Assembly (NCBI RefSeq): GCF_006345805.1
Contig: NC_043017.1
Location: forward strand, 496,001-560,000
Origin: Octopus sinensis
Taxonomy: Eukaryota
DNA: 64,000 nucleotides
Direction: 5' to 3'
This document shows, in pieces, positions 39,097-51,220 of the stretch (the stretch's first letter is position 1; every line of letters begins with the position of its first letter). The notes under the pieces are model-generated. The model did not search any database and had not been told where the DNA came from. It saw nothing but the letters and a program-made list of their open reading frames with translations. The position numbers and the translations under genes are program-made.

Positions 39097-40426
39097 CTGG
39101 ACTGGTTAAGGTTTGTTGTGACAATGTCAGCTGGATGGATTGATGCAGTATATAGATGGTGACTAGATAGACAGACTGTGTGTATAGTAGATGGATAGAC
39201 ACTGCATCCGTTGATTGGGTACATTGACACAGTGTGTGTACGCACACACACACACACATATATGGGAGACAATTCATGTTAACTGGATAGACAGTAAGTA
39301 GTTGACTGAGTAGGTGCGTGTAGCTGTTGCTTTGGGTGCGTGTATACAGTGTATAGATGCTAATGACATTAATACTGTGTAGTGTTAACGTGATAGATAA
39401 AAGGGTACACAGGGTGTATATGTTGCCTGGATGTATAGCTAGAATAGACACAGACGGTGTATATAAGTTGATATACACATAGAATAGACAGACTGTGCAG
39501 ATTTCTCTTTTAAATATCTTTGATATAGTCTGGCATTTTTCAAGATTGTTATTATTATTATAGGGACCTGTTGGCTGAATCAGTTGAGCATCAGAAAAAA
39601 TGCCTAGTGGTATTCCTTCAGGCTTTTTACATTCCAAGTTCAAATCTCCTTGAGGTCAACTTTGCTTTTATCCTTTCAAGGTGGGTAAAATAAAGTAGCA
39701 GTCAAGTGGAGGGACCAATGCTATCAGTCAGTTCCCTTGTCTCCAAATTGTTGGTCTTGTCCCTAAATTTGAAACCATCATTATTATTATTATTATTATT
39801 ACTAACAGGGCATTGAGCTGGCAGAATCGTTAGCATACCTTAGAAAATGCTGAGTGGCATTTTGTCAGTCCTTACGTTCAGAGTTCAAATTCTGCCAAGG
39901 TTGAGTTTGTCTTTCATCCTTCTGGGGTCTATAAAATAAGTATCAGTTAAGCACTGGCATCGATGTAGTCAATTGAGCATTCTTTCCCTAAATTTCAGGT
40001 CTTTTGTTTATAGTCGATAATTATTATTTTATGATGCTGGTAGTGTGTTTTAGTAAAATTTGGTAGAAATTTAATGAATTACTACAACTTCCCTCCATGA
40101 GAGCTATTAAGGAGATGCATGTAGGCCAACAACTCTTTTATCTCCAATAGTTCATGTTTTTATACATTTATAACAAACTGTACTTTTTTTCTCTGAGAAT
40201 CATCAACTGATTTTCTTCTTATTTTATTAATAAAATATATAAAAACTAAAATAAGACTTCTGTGTTTTTATTTCATGTTTGTGCATAAATATATTATCTT
40301 TACTAACACTGCATCGGTCAAAATGACAAGGGTTCCAGCCGGTTTGGTCAATGGACACAACCTGTTTGTGGAATTAACATGCAAACGGCTGAGCACTCCG
40401 TATCAAGAGACATAAAAGGCAGCGAG

Positions 40427-40648
40427 CTGGCATAGACGTTAGCACACCGGGCGAAATGCGTAGCCGTATTTCGTCTGCCATTACGTTCTGAGTTCAAATT
40501 CTGCCAAGGTTGACTTTGCCTTTCATCCTTTTGGGGTTGATAAATTAAGTACCAGTTACGCACTGGGGTTGATGTAATTGACTTAATCCGTTTGTCTGTC
40601 CTTGTTTGTCTCCTCTATGTTTAGCCCCTTGTGGGCAATAAAGAAATA
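40427..40648 (+). mobile_element. SINE family B (GGCGGCGAGCTGGCAGAA head, GAGTTCAAATTC B-box)
   Basis: tRNA-like head. The family recurs at 4725, 7565-7960(-, tandem), 13545-13945(-), 28490(-), 29228, 31142, 34677, 34950, 39810, 44560(-), 44800(-), 47490(-), 55308 and 59078. Confidence 0.88.
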
Positions 40649-41198
40649 TGTATATACATGTTTTCATATAAAAGGTGATTAAAATCAAAATAAGCAACAA
40701 GGATATCCAAAGGTAATGCTGTACGATCGTTTCATGCAACTCCATTTAATTGAACAAAGCAATCATTACATCAATTTAAAATCACCTAAATTCTGATGCC
40801 TCAACTTAAGTACCATATTCATCTGAATCTAATTTTTTACTGTTTTCATATATATATATGTATGTATAGATGTGCACTCTGCAGACATGCATACCCTGAA
40901 AGTAGTTCTTAAGGAGATTCAACATGATACAAGTAGCACTTATTTTTGCCAGCTGACTACATTGGTGCAATGTGAAATAAAGTGTCTTGTTCAAGGAGTT
41001 GATGCTCCACTGGAAATCGATCTCATGATCTCATGATCATTAGCTGAATGCCCTAACCTCTAAGCCACATGATTATAACATATATACAATAGTGCATGTA
41101 TACCAAAGAACTTTATATACACAGAGAAGTTTGTGTATACAGCAATTCATAGACAAATTCTGAAGGAAAAATCAATGGAAAGAAAATATGTAAGGAAT

Positions 41199-41450
41199 GG
41201 ATTGTGGCCATGTTGGGGTGCTGCCTTGGATTGTGGCCATGCTGGGGTACTGCCTTGGATTGTGGCCATGCTGTGGTGCTAACTCGGATTGTGGCCATGC
41301 TGGGATATTAACTTGGATTGTGGCCATCCTGGGGTGCTGCTTTTGATTGTGGCCATGCTGGGATGCTGCCTTGCATTGTGGCCATGCCTGGGTGCTGCAT
41401 TGGATTGTGGCCATTCTGTGGTGCTGCCTTAGATTGTGGCCATGCTGGGG
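41199..41450. repeat. Minisatellite, 9 x 29 bp (GGATTGTGGCCATGCTGGGGTGCTGCCTT)
   Basis: Unit starts at 41199, 41228, 41257, 41286, 41315, 41344, 41373, 41402 and 41431; exact 29-nt period, no spacers. Confidence 0.95.
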
Positions 41451-42068
41451 ATATCTCAACCGCTACCTCCTGGCGATTACGGTTTCTTTTAGTATTAGTA
41501 TGTATGCAAATATGCACTTTGACCACAGCATTAGAGCGTTTTAGCTCTTATTTCTAGCAATGTAGGTGTTTCTAACCCCCTTAGTCATACTTAATGACAA
41601 TTATAGTTTACCTTTTTTGGCAAGACTTTGCACTCCGCTGCCTATATTTATTAGTATATTAATTAATTAATTATACATACATACATACACACACTCACAC
41701 ATATATTATACATACATACACACACAGCATTGTATTTTTCAGTTCTTTTAGTGAAATATATTAAGATACAATGTAAATACACTTTAGAGTGTGTATCTGT
41801 CTGTCTCTGTGTGAGAGAGAGAGAGAGAGCGGGGGGAAAGAAAAAGAAAGGAAGAGTGTGAGTGAACGACAAGGGAAGAAAGAGGGTAAGAGAAGAGGAG
41901 GAAATGAGCTGAAAGGGCGTCGTTATAGCACACTTTTCTTTCTCTTGATATTCTTTGCAACGTCCCTTTTCGTCTTTATATCGCCTAACTTTCTTGCCAC
42001 TCTTTCTCTTGCATGTTTACCTTAACTCCCACTCTTTCACTTTCTCACTGTCTTTTCTCTCTCTTCGC

Positions 42069-42198
42069 TCATTCCACTATTCCCAGCTTCCTTCTCTGAC
42101 AATTGAGGCAGTTTCGGTTACGATTTTCAGCAGGATAGCAGTACAGGGTCCTGGTTATCAAACGTGCCGTATGCTTTTGTTCATTCGGAGCTGACGCG
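42069..42198 (+). other. Candidate non-coding first exon of a third, unidentified gene
   Basis: Unique, non-repeat, pyrimidine-rich region with an Inr-like TCATTC at 42069 and a strong donor GCG|GTGAGT at 42199. Only a 7-codon uORF is present. No downstream coding exons could be confidently assigned. Confidence 0.4.
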
Positions 42199-42829
42199 GT
42201 GAGTACAGGGTACCACCACCATCACAACGACAACCTTGAAACAAACAAAACAAATAAAAACAACGACAACAACAGCAACATTGCATACAAACACAAATAT
42301 TAAAATACATATTTAAGCTTTTTCTCGACTAGTTTCCTTGGCGATCAATTCTAGTTGCTATGCGACCATTGTAGAGGCAGGATGGTGGGTGGATGAAAGA
42401 AAGAAATGCATTAATTTTTCAAAATTCTCTCTATTTCTGTAGAATCTTCTAAAATACAAGAGAGTATAACAGAGAGTATAACACACACACACACACACAC
42501 ATATGTATCACTAAAGGCGATCTGAATTCTTTATAAGTAAAATGTAAATATAATAGCAAATAGAATTTTAAAAAAATCCAACCGTGATTTCTCTTTTATC
42601 TAGGAATGGGTATGTAAAAATATAAATAAAAAAACAACAGAAAACAATAAAAAAATAAACATATACAATAAATCTAAACAAAATGGCGTCACTATTTTGT
42701 TTATTATTTATTTTTAATATTAACATGTTTTCTGTGCAGTTATTATTTTAATATCAATACAGAAAGACAGATGCGTACATCTCGCTCTCTCCCCACTCTC
42801 TCAATCTCCCTGTGTGTGTGTGCGTGTAT

Positions 42830-42859
42830 ATATATATATGTGTATATATATATATATAT

Positions 42860-42914
<55 letters not shown>

Positions 42915-43202
42915 TATGTATGTATATATAATATATATATATATATGTATGTATGTATGTATATATATAATATATATGTATGTATGTATGTAATATATAT
43001 ATTATATATATATGTATGTATGTATGTATATATATATATATATAATGTATGTATATATATAATATATATATATATAATATATATGTATGTATGTATATAT
43101 ATGTATATATATATATATATATATATGTATGTAATATATATGTATGTATTATATATATATATATTATATATATATATATGTGTATATATATATATATGTA
43201 TG

Positions 43203-43234
<32 letters not shown>

Positions 43235-43346
43235 TATGTATGGTATATATATATATGTATGTATATATATATTATATATATGTATGTATATATATATATA
43301 TATATATATGTATGGTATATATATATGTATGTATATATAATATATG

Positions 43347-43377
<31 letters not shown>

Positions 43378-43513
43378 ATATATATGTATGTATATATATA
43401 TATAATATGTATGTATATATATATGTATGTATATATATATATGTATGTATATATATATGTATGTATATATATATGTATGTATATATATATATGTATGTAT
43501 ATATATATGTATG

Positions 43514-43545
<32 letters not shown>

Positions 43546-43570
43546 TATATATATATATGTATGTATGTAT

Positions 43571-43602
<32 letters not shown>

Positions 43603-43673
43603 TATGTATGTATATATATAATATATATATATGTATGTATGTATATAAATATATATATATACATATATATATG

Positions 43674-43712
<39 letters not shown>

Positions 43713-43770
43713 CTCTGTGTGTGTTGTGTGCATGTATGTATATATACTTATATCCGGGCATACACTCCTT
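42830..43770. repeat. ~0.9-kb compound (TA)n/(TATG)n microsatellite
   Basis: Direct reading. Confidence 0.95.
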
Positions 43771-43880
43771 GCATATATATTATAAATTTTGTTGTTTATG
43801 TGTCATAAATTTAAAAATTAAATGTGTGCAGTTTTGTATTTTCATCCGGATACACGAAATCCACCCGAAGGACTGTTGTT

Positions 43881-43912
<32 letters not shown>

Positions 43913-45713
43913 GTATCTAAAAACCATCAGCCGGGATTGTTGTAATATAATACATGTGTTATCACTTGCTAAAAGTAGTAACCAAATGTTGGCCTTAAAT
44001 AAAACTCCAATGAGTAGAAAAAAAACCCAAAAGAAGACGGACGGAGGACATTGTAAGCCATGGGTTCCTAGATACACGATATCTGAAAAATAAATCGATA
44101 ATTTTAAAAATAAAACCTGAATGAAAAACAAACATAAAAAACCAATAATGGTTCTTTGATTATAGATCTGGGAAATCAGGGCTGACAAGGGTTAAAAAAG
44201 AGCAACAACAATAGTGCCCAGTGGTTAGGGCAGCGGACTCACTCTTTCTTCCTACTTCTGCCACAAGGCAGAGGAACCATGGTGTGGTAAACTTTCAGGC
44301 CCTAGTCAAGAATCCTCTCTACCCCAGAATGGTTCAACTCTCCACCCGTTAAAAGCCACCGTTTACGGAATGAGGATAGCAACCGCCAGTCTATCGCGTG
44401 TAGTGGGTGGATCTTCAAGCTGCCACACGCATTCTTAGTAGTTTAGAGAAAGCTCGAATTAGAGATTAATCTTTGTGGCTAATGGCGTGAGTCCTGATTG
44501 GAAGAAGAAGAAGAAGAAGAAGACTACAACAATAATGATCCTTTCTACTGTAGGTACAAAACCTAAAATTTTGGTGGAGGGGTTTAGTCGACTACATCGT
44601 CCCCAGTATTCTACTGGTACTTATCACATCGACCCCGAAATGATGAAGGGCAAAGTTGACAATGGCGGGATTCGAATTCAGGACATAAAACCAGAAGAAA
44701 TGTCGCAAAGCATTTTGCTCGGTGTGTTAACGATTCTGCCTGCTCACCTCAACAATAATCCGTTTTAGTATAGGCAGAAGGCCTGAAGCTTTTGGTTAAG
44801 GGCTCCTCGTTTAGATCGACTCCAGTGCTCAACTAGTATCTATGTAATCGACCCTGGAAGGATACAGGGCAAAGTTGACAACGGCAGGATTCGAACTCAG
44901 GATATAAGATGAAGTGCAAGAAAGCATTTTGTTCGGCGTGGTAACGAATCTGCCAGCTCGCTGCCTTAAGATTTTTCTTTCTTTTATAAGCACAATACTT
45001 GAGGGGAGGGGAAAAGTCAGGTATACCGAACTCAGTGCATAACCGGTGATTTATTTGGGGCTAATGAAGTTTCGCACCTCTTCTTGGAAAATGCATTTTT
45101 TTGAAAATTTTTTTCGGATTCCTGCGTTTAAGATGTCGGAGATTACGAATATGCAAGGAAAAAAAATGTAACCACCCCCACAATTCTCCCACCAAATTTT
45201 GAACTTTTTCGAATTTTTTTCCCTATGTCTTAGACGACGGAGATTACGAATATACAGGAAACCACGTTTCCAAACTTTTAAATTCAATAAGCCTAGGCGT
45301 CGGAGTGGGTGTGTGGTAAGTGAAAAGCTATAAACATATTCATTAAATTATTGTATTTTTAAATTGTAAATATTTCATCGCTATAGCTACTTCACCCTTT
45401 TATGTTTGTCTGTTCTTGTTCGCCCCCTCTTTGTAATGCCTTCATGGCAAATATTTATGAAATAAAGTAACTCGCTTACCTCTGTCGTGGATAGACGTGT
45501 CTTTTTTGGCGCTGAGACAAACGTTTTGTTGAACGTTAAATAATTTTCTATTGGAATTGTTGTTAATTGTTGAATATTTTCGAAATGTTGAACATTGCAG
45601 AACTTGGGAAATTTTTGTGCTTTTTCCCGGTGACGGGAGAAAATAATTGTTGAAATATTGAAATTATTATTAATATTGAATTTATTAATATTATTAATAT
45701 TGAACTTATTAAA

Positions 45714-46120
45714 GCCGTTGTAGGCTTTATTGTCGTGCCCCCCCCCCCAGCGGGGGTGGCATTTGAACTGTTATCCTCATTAAGAGGAAAAAATATTATA
45801 GGTTTTCCGTTTTTGGGGATAAGCAATTTATTATTGCGAGAAAAATTAAATTTTAGCCGATGTAGGCTCTATTGTGGCATCCGCCACTAGCGTGGGCGAG
45901 ATTTGAACTGTTGTCCTCGTTGTGAGGGAAAACAAAATATTAAATGTTTCCGTTTTTTTGGATTCTATATTTTATTATTGTGTGAATAAAAAATTTATTT
46001 CGAACGTTGTAGGCTTTGTTGCTACCCCCCCCCCCAGCTGGGGTGGGATTTGAACTGTTGTCCTCGTTAAGAGAAAAAAAAAAGTAAAAAATTATAGGTT
46101 TCCTTTTTTCTGGGATTAAA
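45714..46120. repeat. Three diverged ~145-bp tandem units
   Basis: Units start near 45714, 45856 and 46004 and share GTAGGCT...ATTTGAACTGTT(A/G)TCCTC...GTTTCC. Confidence 0.85.
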
Positions 46121-46545
46121 TTGTGTATCATTTATTTCGAACGAATATGTCGGCAAAAGAGACTGATAGAATAAGTACTAGGCTCACAAAGAATAAGTCC
46201 TGGGGTCGATTTGTTCGACTAAAGGCGATGCTCCAGCATGGCCGCAGTCAAATGACTGAAACAAGTAAAAGAGTGATAGAGAGTAATGCATATAGATATG
46301 TGTATAAAGAGATAAATAGATATGAATGTCTTTCTGGGGCTAAAAAGAACAGTAACACCATCCTGTATAGGACCACCACTTTTAGTTGACAAGTATATTT
46401 TGTGAATAAACGGACAGGGATAAATAGATAGACAGATAAATAAATTAATAAATGGATGAAATGTTCAAAATTTAAATTTGGGGGAGGAGGTGAAATTTGA
46501 GCCCCTTATTAAACTTTATAACACTAATCATTAAACAGTAATGTT

Positions 46546-46820
46546 TATAGACACACAGAAACCATTAGATTCACTTCAACATTTAAATTCAATTTGTCAA
46601 AATATTTTCGTCGCTTTGAGACCTCGACCTGTTCACTGACAACAGGTCGCGGTCTCAAAGCGACGAAAATATTTTGGTAAATTAAATTTAAATGCTGAAG
46701 TGAATCTAACGGTTTTTGTGTGTTTCTTAAATGGCTTATAAACACCTTCCACGCTGCAATTGTTTTCGTTCCAGCACACAATCTCAGATCAGGTCACTTG
46801 CTATGCAAGTACATCTCCAT
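46546..46820. mobile_element. Penelope-like terminal (pseudo-LTR) fragment with an inverted partial copy
   Basis: The minus strand of 46640-46820 reads EMYLHSK*PDL..CAGTKTIAAWKVFISHLRN, resembling PLE GIY-YIG C-termini. 83-nt arms 46551-46633 and 46641-46723 are inverted around a 7-nt loop. Confidence 0.55.
46594..46642 (-). ncRNA. Candidate minimal type I hammerhead ribozyme, G3:C8 core variant
   Basis: Minus strand UUGUCA-GUGAACA-G-GUCG(A GGUCUCAAA G)CGAC-GAA-AAUAUU-U-UGACAA. Helix I is 6 bp, helix II 4 bp, helix III a palindrome. All invariant core positions are present, with C3:G8 swapped to G3:C8. Confidence 0.5.
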
Positions 46821-48304
46821 TAATGTTTGTTTCTCGTAAAATGGTGAATATTTATTTTACATTAAATTCTTATTTACACAAGTAAAACGCAAATTCTCTT
46901 CACTTTAATGTTTTTGTCTGGATTTAATTTCGATTTGCATATGTTCGTCAATTCGTTATGATCTCTTTCAAGTAAACAAAATCAAAAATTTAAATTGGCG
47001 GGCGCGTGGGGGCTAAATTAAAAAATTAAATTTTTTGCATATTCGTAATCTCCGACATCTAAAACGTAGGAATGCGAACATTTGTTTTTCAAAAAACTGC
47101 ATTTTTCAAGGAGAGATGCGAAACTGTATTAGCTCCCCTTTTTATCAACTCTAAATAGTTGAAAGTGGAGGCACATGGGCTAGTGGTTAGAGCAGTGGAG
47201 TCGCGGTCGAAGGATCGCGGGTTCGAATCTCAGACCGGGTGATGTGTGTGTTTATGGGCGAAACACCTAAACTCCACGCAGCTCCGACAGAAGGTAATGG
47301 CGAACTTCTGCTGACTCTTTCGCCACAACTTTCTCTCACTCTTTCCTCCTGCATCTTACAGCTCACCTGGGACGGACCGGCGTCCCATCAGGTGGGGAAC
47401 CTATACGCCAAGGAAACCGGTAAACCGGCCCTTATGAGTCAGGGATGGCTTGAGAAGGAACAAACAACAAATAGTTGAAAGGCAAAGCTGACCTCAACGG
47501 AATTTGAGCGAAGAGCATAAAAATCGGAAAGAAATGCCACTGAGTATTTTGTCGTGGATTCTGGCAACTCGCTGCCTAAAGAATAATTCTTTGCATTGAA
47601 GGACTGAAATTCTTTGGGAGGAGGCTAATCGATTACATCAACTCCGACTCTGGTAGATTTTGAATACAGAACGTAAAACCGGAATAAATGCTGCTAAGCA
47701 CTTTGTCCGACATTGTTAACGGTTCTTCCGGTTGGCCGCCTTAGCGACAGCAATAATGATAGTCGTTTTCAACATGGGCGCGAAACCAGAAATTTAGAAA
47801 AACGGAAAAGATGATTAAATCGACACAAGAATTTAGGAGAGATTGGCGAGGGAGAGAGAGAGAGAGAGGGAGAGAGAGAGGGGGAGAGGGAGAGCAAAGA
47901 CAAGATGTTTGTGGTTAAATGAAAGAGCTACAACCCGGAAAGCGAAACACAATTGCGTGTGTGGACTGAACTCGCAAAGATCTGGCCAACCTGCTTTTGA
48001 AGCGCTTTTCCCAACGACTCCACTGCTGCAGTCCCACCGCCCTACCACCCTACCATCACCACTAACACCGACGCCGTCGCTGCCGCCACCAATCACAGAA
48101 ATAGTGATTAATGACAAATCAATGATGTATAACTGTCTGAATAAGAATTTTGTTTGAATGTTTTTCTTTTTATTTTGGTGTTTGTGTTTTTGTTTTTTAG
48201 TATGTGAGCCTCTGCAAAGGTCAATATCATTATTACATTGAGCTATTTCATAGTGCAGTAAAGTAACCGTAGATAAAGATATTATTCGCAGTCTACATAT
48301 ATAT

Positions 48305-48358
<54 letters not shown>

Positions 48359-48589
48359 GCAATATGATTATGTATATTGAGTTACCAGTTTGATGGCGTT
48401 GGTATATATATATGTATATATATATATAGATCGTCATCATCATTAGATAATAAATAGAATGTATAAAACTGAAAAACGGACATTTGTTACGCATGGAATC
48501 GTTTCTGAATATAGTCTCCAATTTTGATAATTACAGCATGGAGTTAGTGACTCGAGACGCGAAGTCTGCAGGTGCGAAATAAATAGACG

Positions 48590-48705
48590 TAATGTGTGTA
48601 GATGCTGACTGCTTAGATAAACAGTCGGGGAATGATGATTGTAAAAATACTTTTGTGTCGATGTTGATTGTGTAGAGTGATAGATATAATATACAAGATA
48701 TTGAC

Positions 48706-48767
<62 letters not shown>

Positions 48768-49200
48768 AGAGAGAAAATGAATTGTTCGGTTATTATGTAT
48801 GTTGGTGAGTGGATAGACTGAAAGGCCTGGTGAATAGCTTAGTGCAAATAGACGCATATATTGTGTAGATGATGACTGCGTGGATAGAGGTGGTGTGCAG
48901 ATGTTGACTGGGTAGATAGACAGAGCGTGTAGATATTGACAGAAGTGACACAGTGTGCAGACGCTGACTGGGGAGTTAGGAAGAGGGTGTGGCTGTCGAG
49001 TGGATAGATAGACTCTGGTTGTAGATATGATGGAGTAGATACATTGTGTGGATGTTGACTGGATAAAAAGACAGTATGTAGATGTTGACTGGAGTGACAT
49101 AGGATGTAGATGCTGACTGGATAGATGCACACAGTGTTGAGTGGATAGATGGACACGATGTGCAGTTGTTGCGTGGATAGATGAATGCCCACCCAGAGAC
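48590..49200. repeat. Degenerate short-unit tandem repeat (core GATGTTGACTGGRTAGATAGACA)
   Basis: About 15 diverged units; the same motif occurs at 39090-39500. Explains the 224-aa low-complexity ORF. Confidence 0.75.
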
Positions 49201-49406
49201 CTCAAGAGGCAACAAGTTAGAAGTTCAAGTTGGTGCTATGATGAGGGTGCCGTATTTTTGGGTTTGCACAAAATATTGTCGCAGAGAATGTCCGTGAAAA
49301 CATAAGAAAATTAGAAGTTTGTTTTCAAAGTAATTTTATTGTAAGATGATAGTGTGATGTTAAGATGAGAGTAAGGGCTGTTTGCTATTTATGTACAGTT
49401 TAAAAG

Positions 49407-49720
49407 TATTGGGTTCAGGAATAATTCATGAGTGTTTTTTTTTTTTCAAATTTATTTTAAACAAAACAACTATAACAAATTCATCAATAATATACTCTCC
49501 GTTGTTGTTTACGAATTCCTCCCATCGTTCAATAAGTTTTTCGATGCCTCAGTGACAGAAATCTCCCGGTCTTGACTCAAAGAATTCGTCCAACCAAGCC
49601 CTCAATTTCACGTCATTATTGAACGATACACCGAGCAAAGCATTCGAAAGCGGTCGAAAGAGACGAAAATCTGACGGCGCCAAGTCTGGAGATTGTGAAG
49701 GACGAGGCAGCACTTCTCAT
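49407..49720 (-). mobile_element. Mariner 3' fragment
   Basis: EVLPRPSQSPDLAPSDFRLFRPLSNAL...LRAWLDEFF...GIEKLIERWEEFVNNNGEYIID. Ends in a TATTGGGTTCAGGAATAATTC-type TIR. Confidence 0.88.
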
Positions 49721-50072
49721 TCGAGTTCGTGATTCGCGATTTTGGTCATATCGCTGATGTGAGGACGAGCGATGTTGTGTCGAAGAAGAACGCCATTTCG
49801 TCTATTCGGTCTTTCTTGCTGAATTGCTTCGTTGAGTCTGCAATTGTTATATATATAATTTATATATATATATTATATAATGAACTTGCAGGTGCATTAC
49901 GACTATACGTGATTATATATTTATATACACATACGTGCGCTCGCGCACTCACACACACACATATACATACGAATAATGATATAGTTTGATTTGGTCAGTT
50001 AAACAAAATGATGAACTACTATTTATGAAAGTACTATTTGATATAAGTATTTTGCGTGCGAACTGATGTGTG

Positions 50073-50128
<56 letters not shown>

Positions 50129-51220
50129 TCATGTGCATGAATGCATGTGAGATTATTCATATGAGATGTATGTCCGTATATGTTGGTGCCGTTAGCAATG
50201 ATCTTAGAATGACATTTCTGTCCTTCTACGTCAGCCGTGTGTGAAATTCCAATAATTCAGGCCGCTTTGCCACGCACTTAAGTACTTTGACGAAGACAAA
50301 CACATTGTCTGAAACAAATCAGGCATCCTATCTCGCTCTTTAAATCCCGCTTTCCATAATTTCTAGAGATACTTTTCATTCTATTTATTAATTTGTTTAT
50401 TCATTAAAAAAAAATCTTATTCACTATTTATGTTTTTTAATCATATGGTTTATTAATTTAGATACTGAGGGATGGGCAACTAAATCTTTAGAAAGCAAAT
50501 TGTTTCGATCAATTACTTTTTCTTATTTTATCTTTCCTTTTTTCATTTTATTGTATTTGCTTTATTTTATTGCATTCCTTTTCTGAATTCATTTTTATCT
50601 ATTGTCCTCGCTTCTTTAGTACACTCAATAAATGGTAATTCTAGCATTTGTAAAGAGTGAAATGAGTCGGATACATCTATTGCTTGTGATTATATAATGA
50701 AACTCTTTATGCTTTTTATTGCAGAATCTGGTGTTTTAACTCGCCATGAAATATTCTGAAACGCAGGCTGTTCGTTATATATATAATTTTATTTCTTTCA
50801 GACTGCAGCCATGCTGGAGCACCTCCTTTAGTCGAAGAAATCGATCCCAGGACTTAATCTTTGTAAGCCTAGTATTTATTCTATCGGTCTCTTTTTCCGA
50901 ACCGCTATGTTACATGGACGTAAACACACCAACAGCGGTTATCAAGCGATGGTTGGGGACTAACACAGATATACAAACATACACACCCACACCCGCCTGA
51001 CTGCCGACCGCTAACACCTCTTGTGTCCATCTGCCATGTTCCTACCTTTCGGCTTTCACTTCATACACCCCAGCTCAATTTCATTCGTTCTCAGTCGAAA
51101 GACGCCTGTTGTTATTTCTTGTTGTTTGTATTCGTAATTGTGTACCATGTTCTCCGTTTTTTGTTTGTTTTTTTTTTCTCTTTGTTGCCGTACACATTCG
51201 CTGGCTTTCTTTTTTTTTTA

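Larger units (their letters stand above)
45057..47137. mobile_element. Same TIR family as 23311-24144, expanded by nested insertions
   Basis: GGGGCTAATGAAGTTTCGCAC at the left end pairs with TGCGAAACTGTATTAGCTCCC at the right end. Internal segments match the 23.3-24.1 kb copy. Confidence 0.75.

Noticed and set aside
41199-41450. CRISPR-like array
   Set aside because: Repeats are contiguous with no unique spacers, in a eukaryotic context with no cas genes; it is a minisatellite.
48531-49205. 224-aa ORF with STQ/HL repeats
   Set aside because: Translation of a degenerate tandem repeat plus (GA)n.
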